Assembly (NCBI GenBank): GCA_024137785.1
Contig: JAHRHZ010000029.1
Coordinates: forward strand, 15,578,725 to 15,642,724
Origin: Ginglymostoma cirratum
Taxonomy: Eukaryota
Length of the DNA stretch: 64,000 nucleotides
Reading direction: 5' to 3'
Shown here in pieces: positions 21,201-30,500 of this stretch; the stretch's first letter is position 1; the number at the start of each line of letters is the position of its first letter. A program made the position numbers and the translations under genes. The notes beneath the pieces were generated by a model. The model saw nothing but the letters and a program-made list of their open reading frames with translations. It was not told the origin of the DNA and made no database searches.

Positions 21201-23959
21201 AGATGGATAAAGGAGAAGATAGGTGGAGAGGAGGCAGACAGGTCAAAGAGGCGGGGGTGGAGCCAGTAAAGGTGAGTGTAGGTGGGGAGTTAGGGAGGGG
21301 ATAGGTCGTCCAGGGAGGACAGACAGGTCAATGGGATAGGATGGGGCTGGTAGGTAAGAGATAGGGGTGGGGCTTGAGATGGGAGAAAGGACAGGTTAGG
21401 GAGGCGGGGACAAGCTGGGCTGGTTTTGGGATGCGGTTGGGGGAGGGGAGATTTTGATGCTTGTGAAGTCCACATTGTCCTTATTATTAGTCCTTAATAT
21501 TTAATCTTTTTAGCTCCTGGGGTGCAATACCCCGAACTGAACACGGTGCACTAGATGCTGTCTGAGCAGAATTTTATATGAATTTAACATAACATCTACC
21601 CTCTAGTGATGCAATGGTTCCATTTTGTTGCAGGGGTAAAGCAGCTGCAGGATGGTCAGACGCAGAACTCCGAGCAAGGTCAAGTTGCCACTACCTCCAC
21701 TTCACAGACATGCTGTACTGCACAGAGAACCAAATACGAAGTAAGTTCCCCCCAAACACCTCCACCTCACTATTTCTCTCTCCTTTTAAAGCTTGCTCAT
21801 TTAACTTAGTCTTTGCCAAATTATTGGTCACCTATCCTGATGTGGCGAGGTGTTATATTACGGTTGATTACATTTCTATGAAACATAATGGCACTTTTTG
21901 ATCGGTTGAAGGCACCATATGAGTATAAAGTTGTTGTAGGTTAGAATCTGCACTCCACAATCAATGGTGTGAAATTTTCCAAATTGTTTAGAAACAGACT
22001 AAGCAGAGTAAAGTTGATCAAATGTTATTCTGAGAAATGGTTTATGTTCTCACAAACAGTGATGAATGCTGAAGAAAAGGGTGTCACAGTCTTCAGAGTA
22101 CTCACAAAGGAAGGCCAATGGGTTTGGCTTCAAAGTAATGGCCATCTGCCCTACAGGAACAAAACCCCAGAAGATGCCACGTCACCTAAAGAGGAAATCA
22201 AGTAAGTCTTATTTCACAATTTTTGTATTATTGTCATTCACTGACTATTAATTTTTTTTATTTTAAATGTCAAAACGTACATTTTGTTTTCCTCCAGTGT
22301 TGCTGTCAGAAGCATTCTGGAGATTAATCTTTACATTCTTGGGATCTCCAGGGTAATCTGAGACTTTTGTGCATTTATTACCAGTTCCTTTATAACCTGC
22401 AACTCTATTTAAACTACAGTCAGTACAAATTGTACTCTTACCTCACTTAGAAGAGGATTATCTTGGTTCATTTATCTATTAATTTGATCAATAATATAAT
22501 CCTATTTTCTTGTATATCTACAGAGCTTTGTTCATGCACTCAGTGCACAGAAATGAGTTGTGAATGAGGGAGTAATCCCAATTGCTTCTGCCCAGAAGAG
22601 TACCTAAAATGCTATAACCAGCCACTTTAAAATTGAAGTTAATGCAAATAGGTGAATGCCTAGATTCATGGTTGATAATCTTCAAAGCCATACTCTATGC
22701 ATGGTCTAATAATATTTCTCACTTTCCACAGGGATGTAGAGAGATCCAGAGAGGAGCACCTGAGGAACCAGTCAAATCCTGACCAGACTGCCAGTGCCAA
22801 CAGACTAGTGTACAGCAACTGCACTGAAACACCTCTGCAGTTAAAACATCTCTATGAGCAGCATGCAGAAAAAGAAGGAAGAGAGGAGAAATATGAGACC
22901 ATTAAAAGTGATGGTGGCATCAACCAACATGAGCCACTTAATTTTTGCACCTCATTTCCCAGGGGTCCAAAAGTTACCATGGCAGATGATTTATGGGGTC
23001 CAGAGTACTCCAGAGGTCTCTCGAATTTGCAGCCACCAAAACAAATGGAGAAGATAAGTAACATTCCTGGTCGGGAGGCCAAACCCTTCTGTGGCAGAAG
23101 TAGACTGCTGTCCGAGCCCCGGCTCAGATGTAGCACCCAGGCCTCCAGCTTTCAAGGTATACCCCAGAGCTTCAGGAGCGTTGGAGAAGAGGTGGAGCAG
23201 AACCAGCCCTATGGCAGCTTGCCATACACCAACCTGGATGGCTACCCGTCTGAAAACTGTAAGACTGATGATGCCAGCTTTGTGGCTAGCAGACCAAAGG
23301 AGCACCCCACTGCGGGGTACTGCAACAGTGCAGAAGTGTTTCTGGGAGTGCACATCAAAAGTGAATACAGTCCTGACTCGCACAATGAACTGGACGAGCC
23401 ACTGGGATCTCCAAGTCATCAATGGGCTGACAGTGGAGAAGTTGGGCAGAAAATGGCAACAAGCTTCCCAGGGCAGCCTCAGGTGAAGTGCGACCCCAAC
23501 GCGCTGGAGCAGTTGCCACCCTGTGAAAAACTGAAGACTCCTCTGCTACCCCCATTCTGCAGAGCCAGCATGGTCAAAGGCAACAGCTTGTGGATGACAA
23601 GCAGCACATGTAACCACAACAGGCTGTTGAAAAATGACATAGACATGGCTCATTTCAGTCCACAGAGGGCTGTCCAGTCCCGTTGCACTCACCATGATCA
23701 AGTCGCAGACTGTTTACAGGCAGGTGCCTTCCCACAACGTCCTATCCAGGACAAGGGCTTAAGTCAGGAGACACACAAAATACCGCTGCAGTTCAAAGGT
23801 CATGACCTAATCCACACAGTCATCAAACGCGAACCCTCACTCTCTCCTCCTTGGTCTTGTGACAATCCACACAACATACAGTCAAGCCTACAAAGAAATA
23901 TGCCCAGTTGTTTGTTAAATTCATTGACTCACAAAATTACACAGAACACATATTTGTAA
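3139..23959 (+). CDS. AHRR: AHRR, partial gene span: join(3139-3228,13540-13675,15703-15830,16994-17196,21634-21740,22060-22201,22732-23959); 5' bHLH exons are outside the window
   Basis: All introns are GT-AG and phases are compatible; 2034 nt = 677 aa + TAA. AHRR-type PAS-A motifs ([31 protein letters not shown]), C-terminal SUMO-type motifs, no Q-rich activation domain, and position directly upstream of EXOC3 as in human 5p15.33. Confidence 0.88.
4655..5150 (+). mobile_element. CR1 LINE 3' end
   Basis: [26 protein letters not shown]-type C-terminal ORF2 coding and (CTCTATGA)n tail. Confidence 0.85.
5410..6290 (-). mobile_element. L2-type LINE remnant
   Basis: Minus ORFs [22 protein letters not shown] and [18 protein letters not shown] (post-RT region). 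Confidence 0.75.
6945..7295 (+). mobile_element. Deu-domain SINE (SacSINE1/AmnSINE-like)
   Basis: CTGCACTGTTGAAGGTG..CTACATTACAACAGCGACCACACTCCAAAGTAAATTCATTG. Confidence 0.6.
8673..9797 (+). mobile_element. Probable solo LTR inserted into a Deu-SINE (8300-8672 and 9798-9890)
   Basis: TG...CA ends, internal AATAAA, 3' motif CTTGTCCAGTATTAGCATCAGCTG shared with the element at 20218; flanks join to give a Deu-SINE tail. Confidence 0.55.
8828..9168 (-). mobile_element. tRNA-headed SINE with L2-like tail, nested in the LTR
   Basis: Minus-strand TGGCCTAATGG / GGTTCAAATCC boxes; similar copies at 19050-19385 and 63530-63800. Confidence 0.7.
9990..10745 (+). mobile_element. CR1 LINE 3' remnant
   Basis: Degenerate LVQPQLE..FW..LERVQK.FTRM motif region. 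Confidence 0.7.
10874..13400. mobile_element. Possible decayed PIF/Harbinger DNA transposon
   Basis: Plus-strand Myb/SANT-like traces at 11440-11680; minus-strand [14 protein letters not shown] resembling a HARBI1 N-terminal motif near 13260-13320; boundaries uncertain. Confidence 0.35.
13540..13675 (+). CDS. AHRR: AHRR exon, PAS-A ([31 protein letters not shown]...)
   Basis: ttcag acceptor, gtgcgt donor, 136 nt, phase 0/1. Confidence 0.92.
14580..15560 (+). mobile_element. Two tandem Deu-SINE copies (about 14580-15020 and 15180-15560)
   Basis: GAGGTGCTGTCTTTCAGATG, GAAGAAGAGCA and CATTGCTGTTTGTGGGAG motifs with tRNA-like heads. Confidence 0.65.
15703..15830 (+). CDS. AHRR: AHRR exon ([27 protein letters not shown])
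   Basis: tttcag acceptor, gtatgt donor, 128 nt, phase 1/0; LDSTSGFL is AHRR-like (AHR has LDNSSGFL). Confidence 0.93.
16485..16880 (-). mobile_element. CR1-type LINE 3' remnant
   Basis: ATAGGAACAGGAGTAG..CCTATTCTGCCATTCAA end motif. Confidence 0.55.
16994..17196 (+). CDS. AHRR: AHRR exon ([14 protein letters not shown]...[17 protein letters not shown]), end of PAS-A and start of PAS-B-like region
   Basis: ggcag acceptor, gtaagc donor, 203 nt, phase 0/2. Confidence 0.93.
19050..19385 (-). mobile_element. tRNA-headed SINE with L2-like tail
   Basis: High similarity to 8828-9168 (GGCAGCATTTATTGCCCATCCCTAATTGCCCAGAGGGC). Confidence 0.75.
20218..21053 (-). mobile_element. Probable LTR remnant related to 8673-9797, inserted in a CR1 remnant
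   Basis: Reverse complement ends CTTGTCCAGTAATAATATCAGCTAGGATCATTACA. Confidence 0.45.
20259..20357 (+). mobile_element. 99-bp PLE 3'-end insertion with hammerhead motif
   Basis: 9-bp TSD AAGCAGATC (20250-20258, 20358-20366); CTGAGGA-A-GGGT-GACCAG-ACCC-GAAAC at 20263-20289. Confidence 0.75.
21054..21477 (-). mobile_element. PLE 3' fragment
   Basis: Reverse complement matches 49910-50335 (NVDFTS.KI end, pyrimidine-rich UTR); hammerhead GAAA mutated to AAAA. Confidence 0.85.
21634..21740 (+). CDS. AHRR: AHRR exon, PAS-B-like ([35 protein letters not shown])
   Basis: ttgcag acceptor, gtaagt donor, 107 nt, phase 2/1; aligns with AHR exon 8 (G.ILGY.E.[24 protein letters not shown]). Confidence 0.88.
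22060..22201 (+). CDS. AHRR: AHRR exon, PAS-B-like ([48 protein letters not shown])
   Basis: aacag acceptor, gtaagt donor, 142 nt, phase 1/2; aligns without gaps to AHR exon 9 (MIKTGESGMTVFRLL.K..RW.WVQSNARL.Y.NGRP). Confidence 0.88.
22732..23959 (+). CDS. AHRR: AHRR last coding exon, C-terminal repression region
   Basis: ccacag acceptor, phase 2, 1228 nt to TAA (ORF 22697..23959); contains EPLNF, IKSE, VKCD and [12 protein letters not shown] motifs. Confidence 0.9.
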
Positions 23960-24204
23960 TTTTTGTTTTATAATGAAATTGTTTTACAGTTTTTATTTCA
24001 AAATGTCTTTGCTCTGAGAATGTTTAATGAAAATATTTACTTTGCTGTAAACCCTGATGTATTACCTATTGCCATCTATTTTGCAATTTTGTATGAAGAC
24101 TTTCATTATAATTTGCCTATGATGTATTGTGTATGAATGTAGCAGTCTTGGGAGTACATGAAAAACATTGAAATACTTGATATTTATGTCTGAAGAATCC
24201 ACAG

Positions 24205-24450
24205 GAGAACAATAATTGGATTTGTACAGTGCTTTTAACATAATAAATATCCCAAAGCACTTTAAAGCTACATTAGCAGACGAAATTTGATGCTAAGCCC
24301 TGTAAAGAAGATATTAGGACAACTTGACCAAAGAGGTAGGCTTTAAAGGAGTGTTCTAAAAGAAGAGAGAACTAGAGAGGAAAAAAGGGTCAGTGGGGCA
24401 GTTGGGAAATTCCAAAGCTTAGGGTCTACATTTTCAAGGGATGGCCTCCA
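24205..24450 (-). mobile_element. L2-type 3' end in the presumed AHRR 3' UTR (similar copy at about 2855-3090)
   Basis: AAATTTGATGCTAAGCC..GACCAAAGAGGTAGGCTTTAAAGGAG motif. Confidence 0.5.
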
Positions 24451-25211
24451 GCCAAATGGAATAAATTCCTGATTTTAACTTACGATATTGAGTGTACAGA
24501 CTGTTAAAATGAGGGCAACTGTTTGGTTAAAAGATATGTAGCCTTCATGTTGCCTGGTACAAAAACACTTAAGCTCTTTTTATTCTCGTCCATTGAGTTG
24601 CTGGTCTTGTCCTTGAGACAGTTGTCCACTGTTCTGCTGTTGATATCTTGTCTGAAATTTTTTTCATGTTATCTATCTATGAAATAGCAGATCCACTGTA
24701 TAGCTCAGCCTCATCTAGTCTGAACCTGATATCCACAGAGTTCCAGCACCTGAACTTTGGTGATAATGGAGAAATGAGGTGTATTTCACCCGAAATGACC
24801 ACATTCAGGCTAATTACAATCTCATGATGCTTAACAGGACAGCACAGATCAGAGATTAAGTGTAGGATCTTCCTTTCTCAGTATCGTACCTGGGCTTGTT
24901 TCTTTTTCCACTTTAAACCATCTAATGCATGATTAACTTAGATTGTTATGCACACTACTTTGTGAACTATGTGCTTGACAAACAGCATAAAGTGCAGAGA
25001 GTTTTCCTGTTCTTTTTTAAGTGAAAGAAGGAAATGAAGTATCTTGGGACATCTGTTTGCATCGAAGGCACTATGTAAATGCATGCTGTTGGATCCAACA
25101 CATAGGATAACAGAGATTAGAGATGCGCCTAACCTATATATTGATTTTCTATTGTCTTTGGGCCTGTGTCCGCAATCACGCATGTTCAAACCTGCTCTGT
25201 AACAGAACATA

Positions 25212-25689
25212 GAGCAGGATTTTCATCCTGTTATGCAACAAGAACATGGCATCATTTTGCACCACCAGCTAGCATGCCAGTTTACCAGCATTATTCTGGC
25301 CCCAAGCCATTTTTGTGAAGGCCTGGTCAGGGGTGGAACAGCTACCCACCTGCAACTGGGTCATAGGTAGTTAGAGTCATTAAGAGCCCAATTCAGGTCT
25401 TGGACCACAGGCCGACTGGGATATTCTTCAAAATGGAAAAATCCTATTTCTTCCTTACCAACAATGGTGGGCTGCAGTTCCTTCTGTGCTGGAGGGTGTC
25501 TCATTGGCTTCTGTGCTTTAAAAGCCCACCCACCAGTGTTAATTGGATGGCAGGCATGTTTTCAAGCCCCTAATTGGCTAGAATCAAGGCAAAATCGGTG
25601 TCAGATGACCCTTCCTGACAAAATGCAGAGTTGGAAACAGGATTTGATCCTGACGTCAGGGTCCTGACCCTAAGTAGAAAAATCTACCC
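25212..25689. mobile_element. Non-autonomous DNA transposon (Harbinger-like MITE)
   Basis: Imperfect terminal inverted repeats GAGCAGGATTTTC ... GAAAAATCTACCC enclosing a GC-richer non-coding block. Confidence 0.45.
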
Positions 25690-27329
25690 ATGGGCTGAGT
25701 AGTATAATGGTTATATTGTTGGGCTGTACCTCTATAGAGTATAAGTTCACATCCAATGTGACCATGTGGCTGTTGGATTGTCATTAAAAACACTGATGTC
25801 CTTTCAGGAAGGAAACTTGTCACCTTTGTCCAGTGTGGTCTCTGTGTGTGATTTCATAACAGACTTTCTGTTATGCTCTGGAAGAGACCATAACAAACTC
25901 AGATACTCAATTGCATCACTACCTTCTCAAAGTAATCAGTGAGTGTCAATAAATTATTGCCTTGCCAATGATGCCAATATCCCTTTAGCAATTCTATTGA
26001 AACCATAGGTGCCTGCAACATATTCCTCATCTTTTATGTTTGCATTTTTATGGTGTTTTGAATACTTACCAAGTCATAATGGTTTTGTATTTTTTGTTCA
26101 AAAGTGTCATAATCATAAGAATCAGAAAACACAGGCAATAATCACATGAAATCAGGCACATCAAATTGTTTCATTGACATAGTAAGATAGGAGCATCACA
26201 CTTTATTAAATTCTTACTTAAGAACATCATTCTGATTGCATCTACATAAAAATATCAATGTTACTTGTAACAATAAATTAGAGCTAACGTTGAAAATGGA
26301 TACCCTTTTAAACAATTTTACCCCATTGCATTCATTCATTATACCTGTGACTTAATTACTGCAAGATTAAAGGGATTTCACCTCAGTAAATCACTGGGAG
26401 ACATTAAACATTGTTTAATACATCACATATTAATTGTGATGACCCCAACATTATGTTTTAATTCAGACAGCTTCCCTGTGAAGATTTATATAATTCTCTT
26501 CACCTGTTGTCTCAAAAATGTCTATTCTTGTGTGTTGTCTCTTTCAGAATGCCAGAAAGAGAAAAAAAAAAGCCTAGACTATTAAATCAAGTATTAAAGA
26601 GATAAAATTTTGAGAACAAGTGCTTCTCCATCACTGTTTACAAACTGTTAAAATACATTGTCAATGTTGCTGTTCATTTTTGTAAGTAAGTATAGAAACA
26701 GCAAATAATGTACAGAAAGCAACATGTATTTATGAAATGACAATTTAGCTTCAACATATGTCATATCTTTAATACTTTGCTTTTGTTTGTGTCTATTAAT
26801 CTTTTTCTTTTGGGATAGTGCAGATTATTGCAAAAAAGCACTTGTTGGTCAAATATTTGCTAATAACCATTCCTCTGTTCCAACAAATTGCCTTAAAGTC
26901 AACTTTATAAACCCACTCCACAACAACAACAACAAACAACAATGACACAAACTTCATAAACCCACTGCTGTAACAAATAGGTGTTTAGCAGTTCAAACCG
27001 ATGACTGCTAAGTACTTATTCCCTGTCAGGACAATCTTCCCTTTAGGAGAAAGTCAAGATTTTTGCACCAAGTTGTTCTGCAGTTCCTTTTGCATATTTT
27101 AGAAGTTATTGCACTGGCAGATATTTCTGAGATCCTTTGCAAGTTTTAAATTACATTTTATATTCAATGCCAGTCAATCTTAAGCAGTGTTGCACACATG
27201 CAGTCAAGACCTAATATTGTTTTCAGATGGAGGAAAACACAATAATGTATTTCAGTCCAGATCTAGCATCATACATTCTGTCCTTTCCTGTTCACTTCTA
27301 TGATAGGTTCCTATGTCTCCACCTTTAAA

Positions 27330-27640
27330 TGGATATGACCTGTGAGGCTTTAAACTGAGGCTCCATCTGCCCTCTCAGGTAAATGTAAATGATCTCATAG
27401 CAATACTTCAAAGAAAAACAGGGGAGTTGATGTCCAAGTCCAAGTCAACAATTATCCCTCAAACAAGTTCACTAAAATAAAGTATGAACTCATTATTACA
27501 TTGCTGATTATGGGGGTGTGTTATGCATGGATTGGCTGTCATGACAGCAGTGATGACAATTCAAAAGTATTCTATTGCCCGTGAAAACTTTGGAATGTTC
27601 TAACATTGTATAAATGCTATACAAATGCAAGCTCTATTAT
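27330..27640 (+). mobile_element. Deu-SINE
   Basis: TTAAACTGAGGCTCCATCTGCCCTCTCAGGT..TGCTATACAAATGCAAG. Confidence 0.65.
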
Positions 27641-28116
27641 TTTTCCTTCCCTATGTAAAACTATTCTATACACTACCATATATGGTATTGCTACATTTTC
27701 CAGTATAAATATGGACAAAAGGGTTTTCAATGGTAAAATAATAACTGGAGGTCTTTGCAAATGTAAAGTTTTTAATATAGGGTTTGAAATATATACATGC
27801 AACAACTGCATTTTTCTAAAGCTTGAGAAGATCGTTTCTGTTCAAAAACAAAACTTCGTAAAATCTTCATTACAATACAGTTTACATCATTGATTTCCAT
27901 ATTTCCTTAATGAGAATACATAGAAGAAAATTCTCCTCATTTTCTTTCAGATTGTGTGGATCTATCAGGAGAACATGTAAACAGTCAGTTTCTCCAATGA
28001 ATGTTTTTTCAATGTTTGACAATGAAAGAATCCTTCAAGTTCTGCCATTTTGCAGTGTGCACTAATTATTGTTTTATAATTACAAAACATTGTAAATACT
28101 TCGTTTAAAAACCTGC

Positions 28117-28122
28117 AATAAA
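28117..28122 (+). terminator. Candidate distal AHRR polyadenylation signal (AATAAA)
   Basis: AATAAA at the end of a long AU-rich, UTR-like block with T/GT-rich sequence after it; other AATAAA hexamers occur upstream, so usage is unproven. Confidence 0.35.
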
Positions 28123-28539
28123 GTATTTGTACAGATTTTGTCAAAACCTCTAGGAATTGCTGCTATCAGTGTATTTGGAGGTAGCATACACCTCAAGAAG
28201 GCACCAAAGATAGACAAGTGTTGTTTGAAGTGATAAATTCTAGGCTATCTTTCTTTAACACAGTGCCATTGTTATATGTATTTATTGCAAGAACATTTAG
28301 ATGTGTATTAAGAAGGGAAAAATCGGCATAAATCAGAACATTATCCCCCAAAATTCAGTGGCTGCTGCAGGTGTCCATGACAGATATCAGTAGATTTTTG
28401 TTGGGTAAGTGGTAAAGAATGTGGAGCAAGGCAGACAAATGCAATTGAGGTGCAGACCAGCCATAATTTGATGGACGGGCAGAGCAGACTCATGGTGTTG
28501 AATACGCCTGCTACTAATATTCAATTGGAGCACAAGTTG

Positions 28540-28980
28540 TGGATGAGGCAGAATGTCTTGCGTTCAAGGCCTCATCCAGAAAGTGGAGAATAAGTTCTGG
28601 GCTGAAACTCCAATTGCAGTACTACGTTAGTGCTGCACAGTTGAAGGTGCTGCCTTTTAATTGAGACACTAAGGCAAGACTTCCTCTCACTGTGTGCTCT
28701 CAAGTGCACTCAGATCAATGTGAAAACACCCTGTGTGACAATTTGATGAAAAGCAGTGGCATTTCTCCCCAGTGCCCAGGGCTATATTTATTCCCGTAGC
28801 AACAATGAATTATGTGGTCATTATCAAATTATCCTTGTGGGTTTGTCCTGTGAACAATTGGTTACTGCAATTCCCTATATTATTAGAGTGACAATTGTTT
28901 AAAATATTTCAATGGCTAAAAAGTGCTTTGGAATGTCCTGAGATAATGAAAGGTGCTGTTCGAATGCAAGTAATTCTTCA
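28540..28980 (+). mobile_element. Deu-SINE
   Basis: GTGCTGCACAGTTGAAGGTGCTGCC..AAGTGCTTTGGAATGTCCTGAG..GAATGCAAG. Confidence 0.65.
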
Positions 28981-28989
28981 CATAATTTG

Positions 28990-29755
28990 ACAAATTATAG
29001 GGCAGTTTGACCCATCATGCCTCTGCCAGGTCTCCGAATGGGATATTTACTTAGTGCCATTTCCTGGTCTTCTGTCTGAAACCTTGTACATTCTTCCTTT
29101 TCAGATAATAGTCTAATTCTCCTGTGAATGCTTCAACCGAATCTGCCTTTGTTACAATCTCAGTTAGTACACGTTACACCAGAACCACTCATTATGTGAA
29201 AAAAATCTCATTGCTTTTGTTTCTTTTACTAATTACTGTAAAACTATGTCATTATGTTCTCTTCACAAATGGGAAGTTTCTCCCTATCTATTTTCGTTGG
29301 ATTGCTCAGTGCATCTATTAAATCTCTGTTCAGCCTTCTACTCTCCAACAGAAATGGTCCTTCATAACTTAAGTTTCTCATCTTGAGAACCATTCTCACG
29401 ACTTTTTTTTCTGAACTCTCTCCTACGCCTTCACATCCTCACCAAAATGTGGTGCCCAGACTAGGTGGGCTCAGCAACTCCAGCTTAGGACAATCTCATG
29501 TTCTATCAACATAATCACCTTGCTTTTGTACATTTCTCTCAGCAAGTGGTAAGCCTTGAATTGTCTCCCACATACAGAAGCAAAGGCTGGATCTTTGAAG
29601 TCATTCAAGGTTGAATTAGCTAGGGTTTTGATCAACAAGGAAGTCAAGGGCTATGGGAAACATGCAGGAAAGTAGAGGCAAGGAAATGAGATCAGCCGTG
29701 ATCTTTTTGTTATCGCCTCAAGCTTCAGGGTTTGAATGGCCTACTCCAGCTCCTA
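28990..29755. mobile_element. CR1 3' remnants (minus about 28990-29530, plus about 29530-29755)
   Basis: CR1 end motifs, e.g. TGAATGGCCTACTCCAGCTCCT. Confidence 0.5.
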
Positions 29756-29989
29756 GATGACACGTAACTCCCAGTACCCATTAGTATACTTTGCTATAAT
29801 TTCGGCCATAGATTCTGTTTGTTGTAGTTTGTAGAGATTACTTTTAAGATGGACTCTCTTTGCTACGTATATAGACTTTGATTTAAATAAATTCTGTTTG
29901 CTACGACAGCTTCAGACTGCTCTAGACGTATCTCACTGGTTTCTTGGATGGTCTACTGCAGATAAGAATGGGGACTGCTGTCACTCAAA

Positions 29990-30500
29990 GTACAAGCTCC
30001 AACCCGTTCCCCAGCTGGCCGGAAATGCACTTGCTCCGCGGTGGTGCATGCTGGGTTATGTAGTTTCCCCGGTGGGACAGGTAGACTACACTACCCGTCG
30101 GGCGGCGCGGTTTTCAGCCTGGCCGGTTGGAGTTTCGTGCCGTCGCGGGACACGGTTTGAATGCTTATTGTGTTCGATTCTGTTATTGTTTTCCCGCCGT
30201 GCCTCTGGCGCTGCGAGAGGCCGCTGTCCCCCTGGCAGGGTTAGGAGGATTCGGAGCGGTGAAGGTGGTGCTAGGCCCGGGCCTGGGGCCTGTTCCTGCC
30301 GCTTGGAGTGCAGAGAGGCGTCAAAAGGCAAGAAACGGTCAAGCGAGCCCGGGTGTGGTGTTATTCCGTTCCCAGGGTCGGGCAGTCAGTGACATTTGCG
30401 GTTCGGGGCGCATTTCGTTTCAAATTAAGAGTGCGGTCTGGTGACATTGCAGTCGCTGGCTCTGGGTCGGTGTTCGTGCGGATCGGTGGGAGTCTGTGCT
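29990..30500. promoter_or_regulatory. CpG-rich promoter / non-coding first exon region of EXOC3
   Basis: Only CpG-dense GC-rich block in the window, about 5 kb upstream of the EXOC3 ATG exon; ETS-like CCGGAAAT at 30019-30026 and two ACTACA-n3-CCC motifs. Confidence 0.8.
30043..30096. promoter_or_regulatory. Back-to-back ZNF143/THAP11 (SBS) motifs
   Basis: Minus strand 30043-30064 reads ACTACATAACCCAGCATGCACC; plus strand 30085-30096 reads ACTACACTACCC. Confidence 0.65.

Noticed and set aside
21150-21450. G-run-rich purine tract (G-quadruplex or triplex potential)
   Set aside because: It is simply the complement of the PLE pyrimidine-rich UTR also seen at 49930-50240
22852-23555. Alternative-frame and antisense ORFs within the last AHRR exon
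   Set aside because: Shadow ORFs of a coding exon with no independent signals
3139-23959. Calling the gene AHR (AHR1/2/3) because it has PAS-B
   Set aside because: PAS-A residues ([21 protein letters not shown]), IKREP-type C-terminus, lack of a Q-rich domain and EXOC3 adjacency all favour AHRR; a phylogeny is still needed
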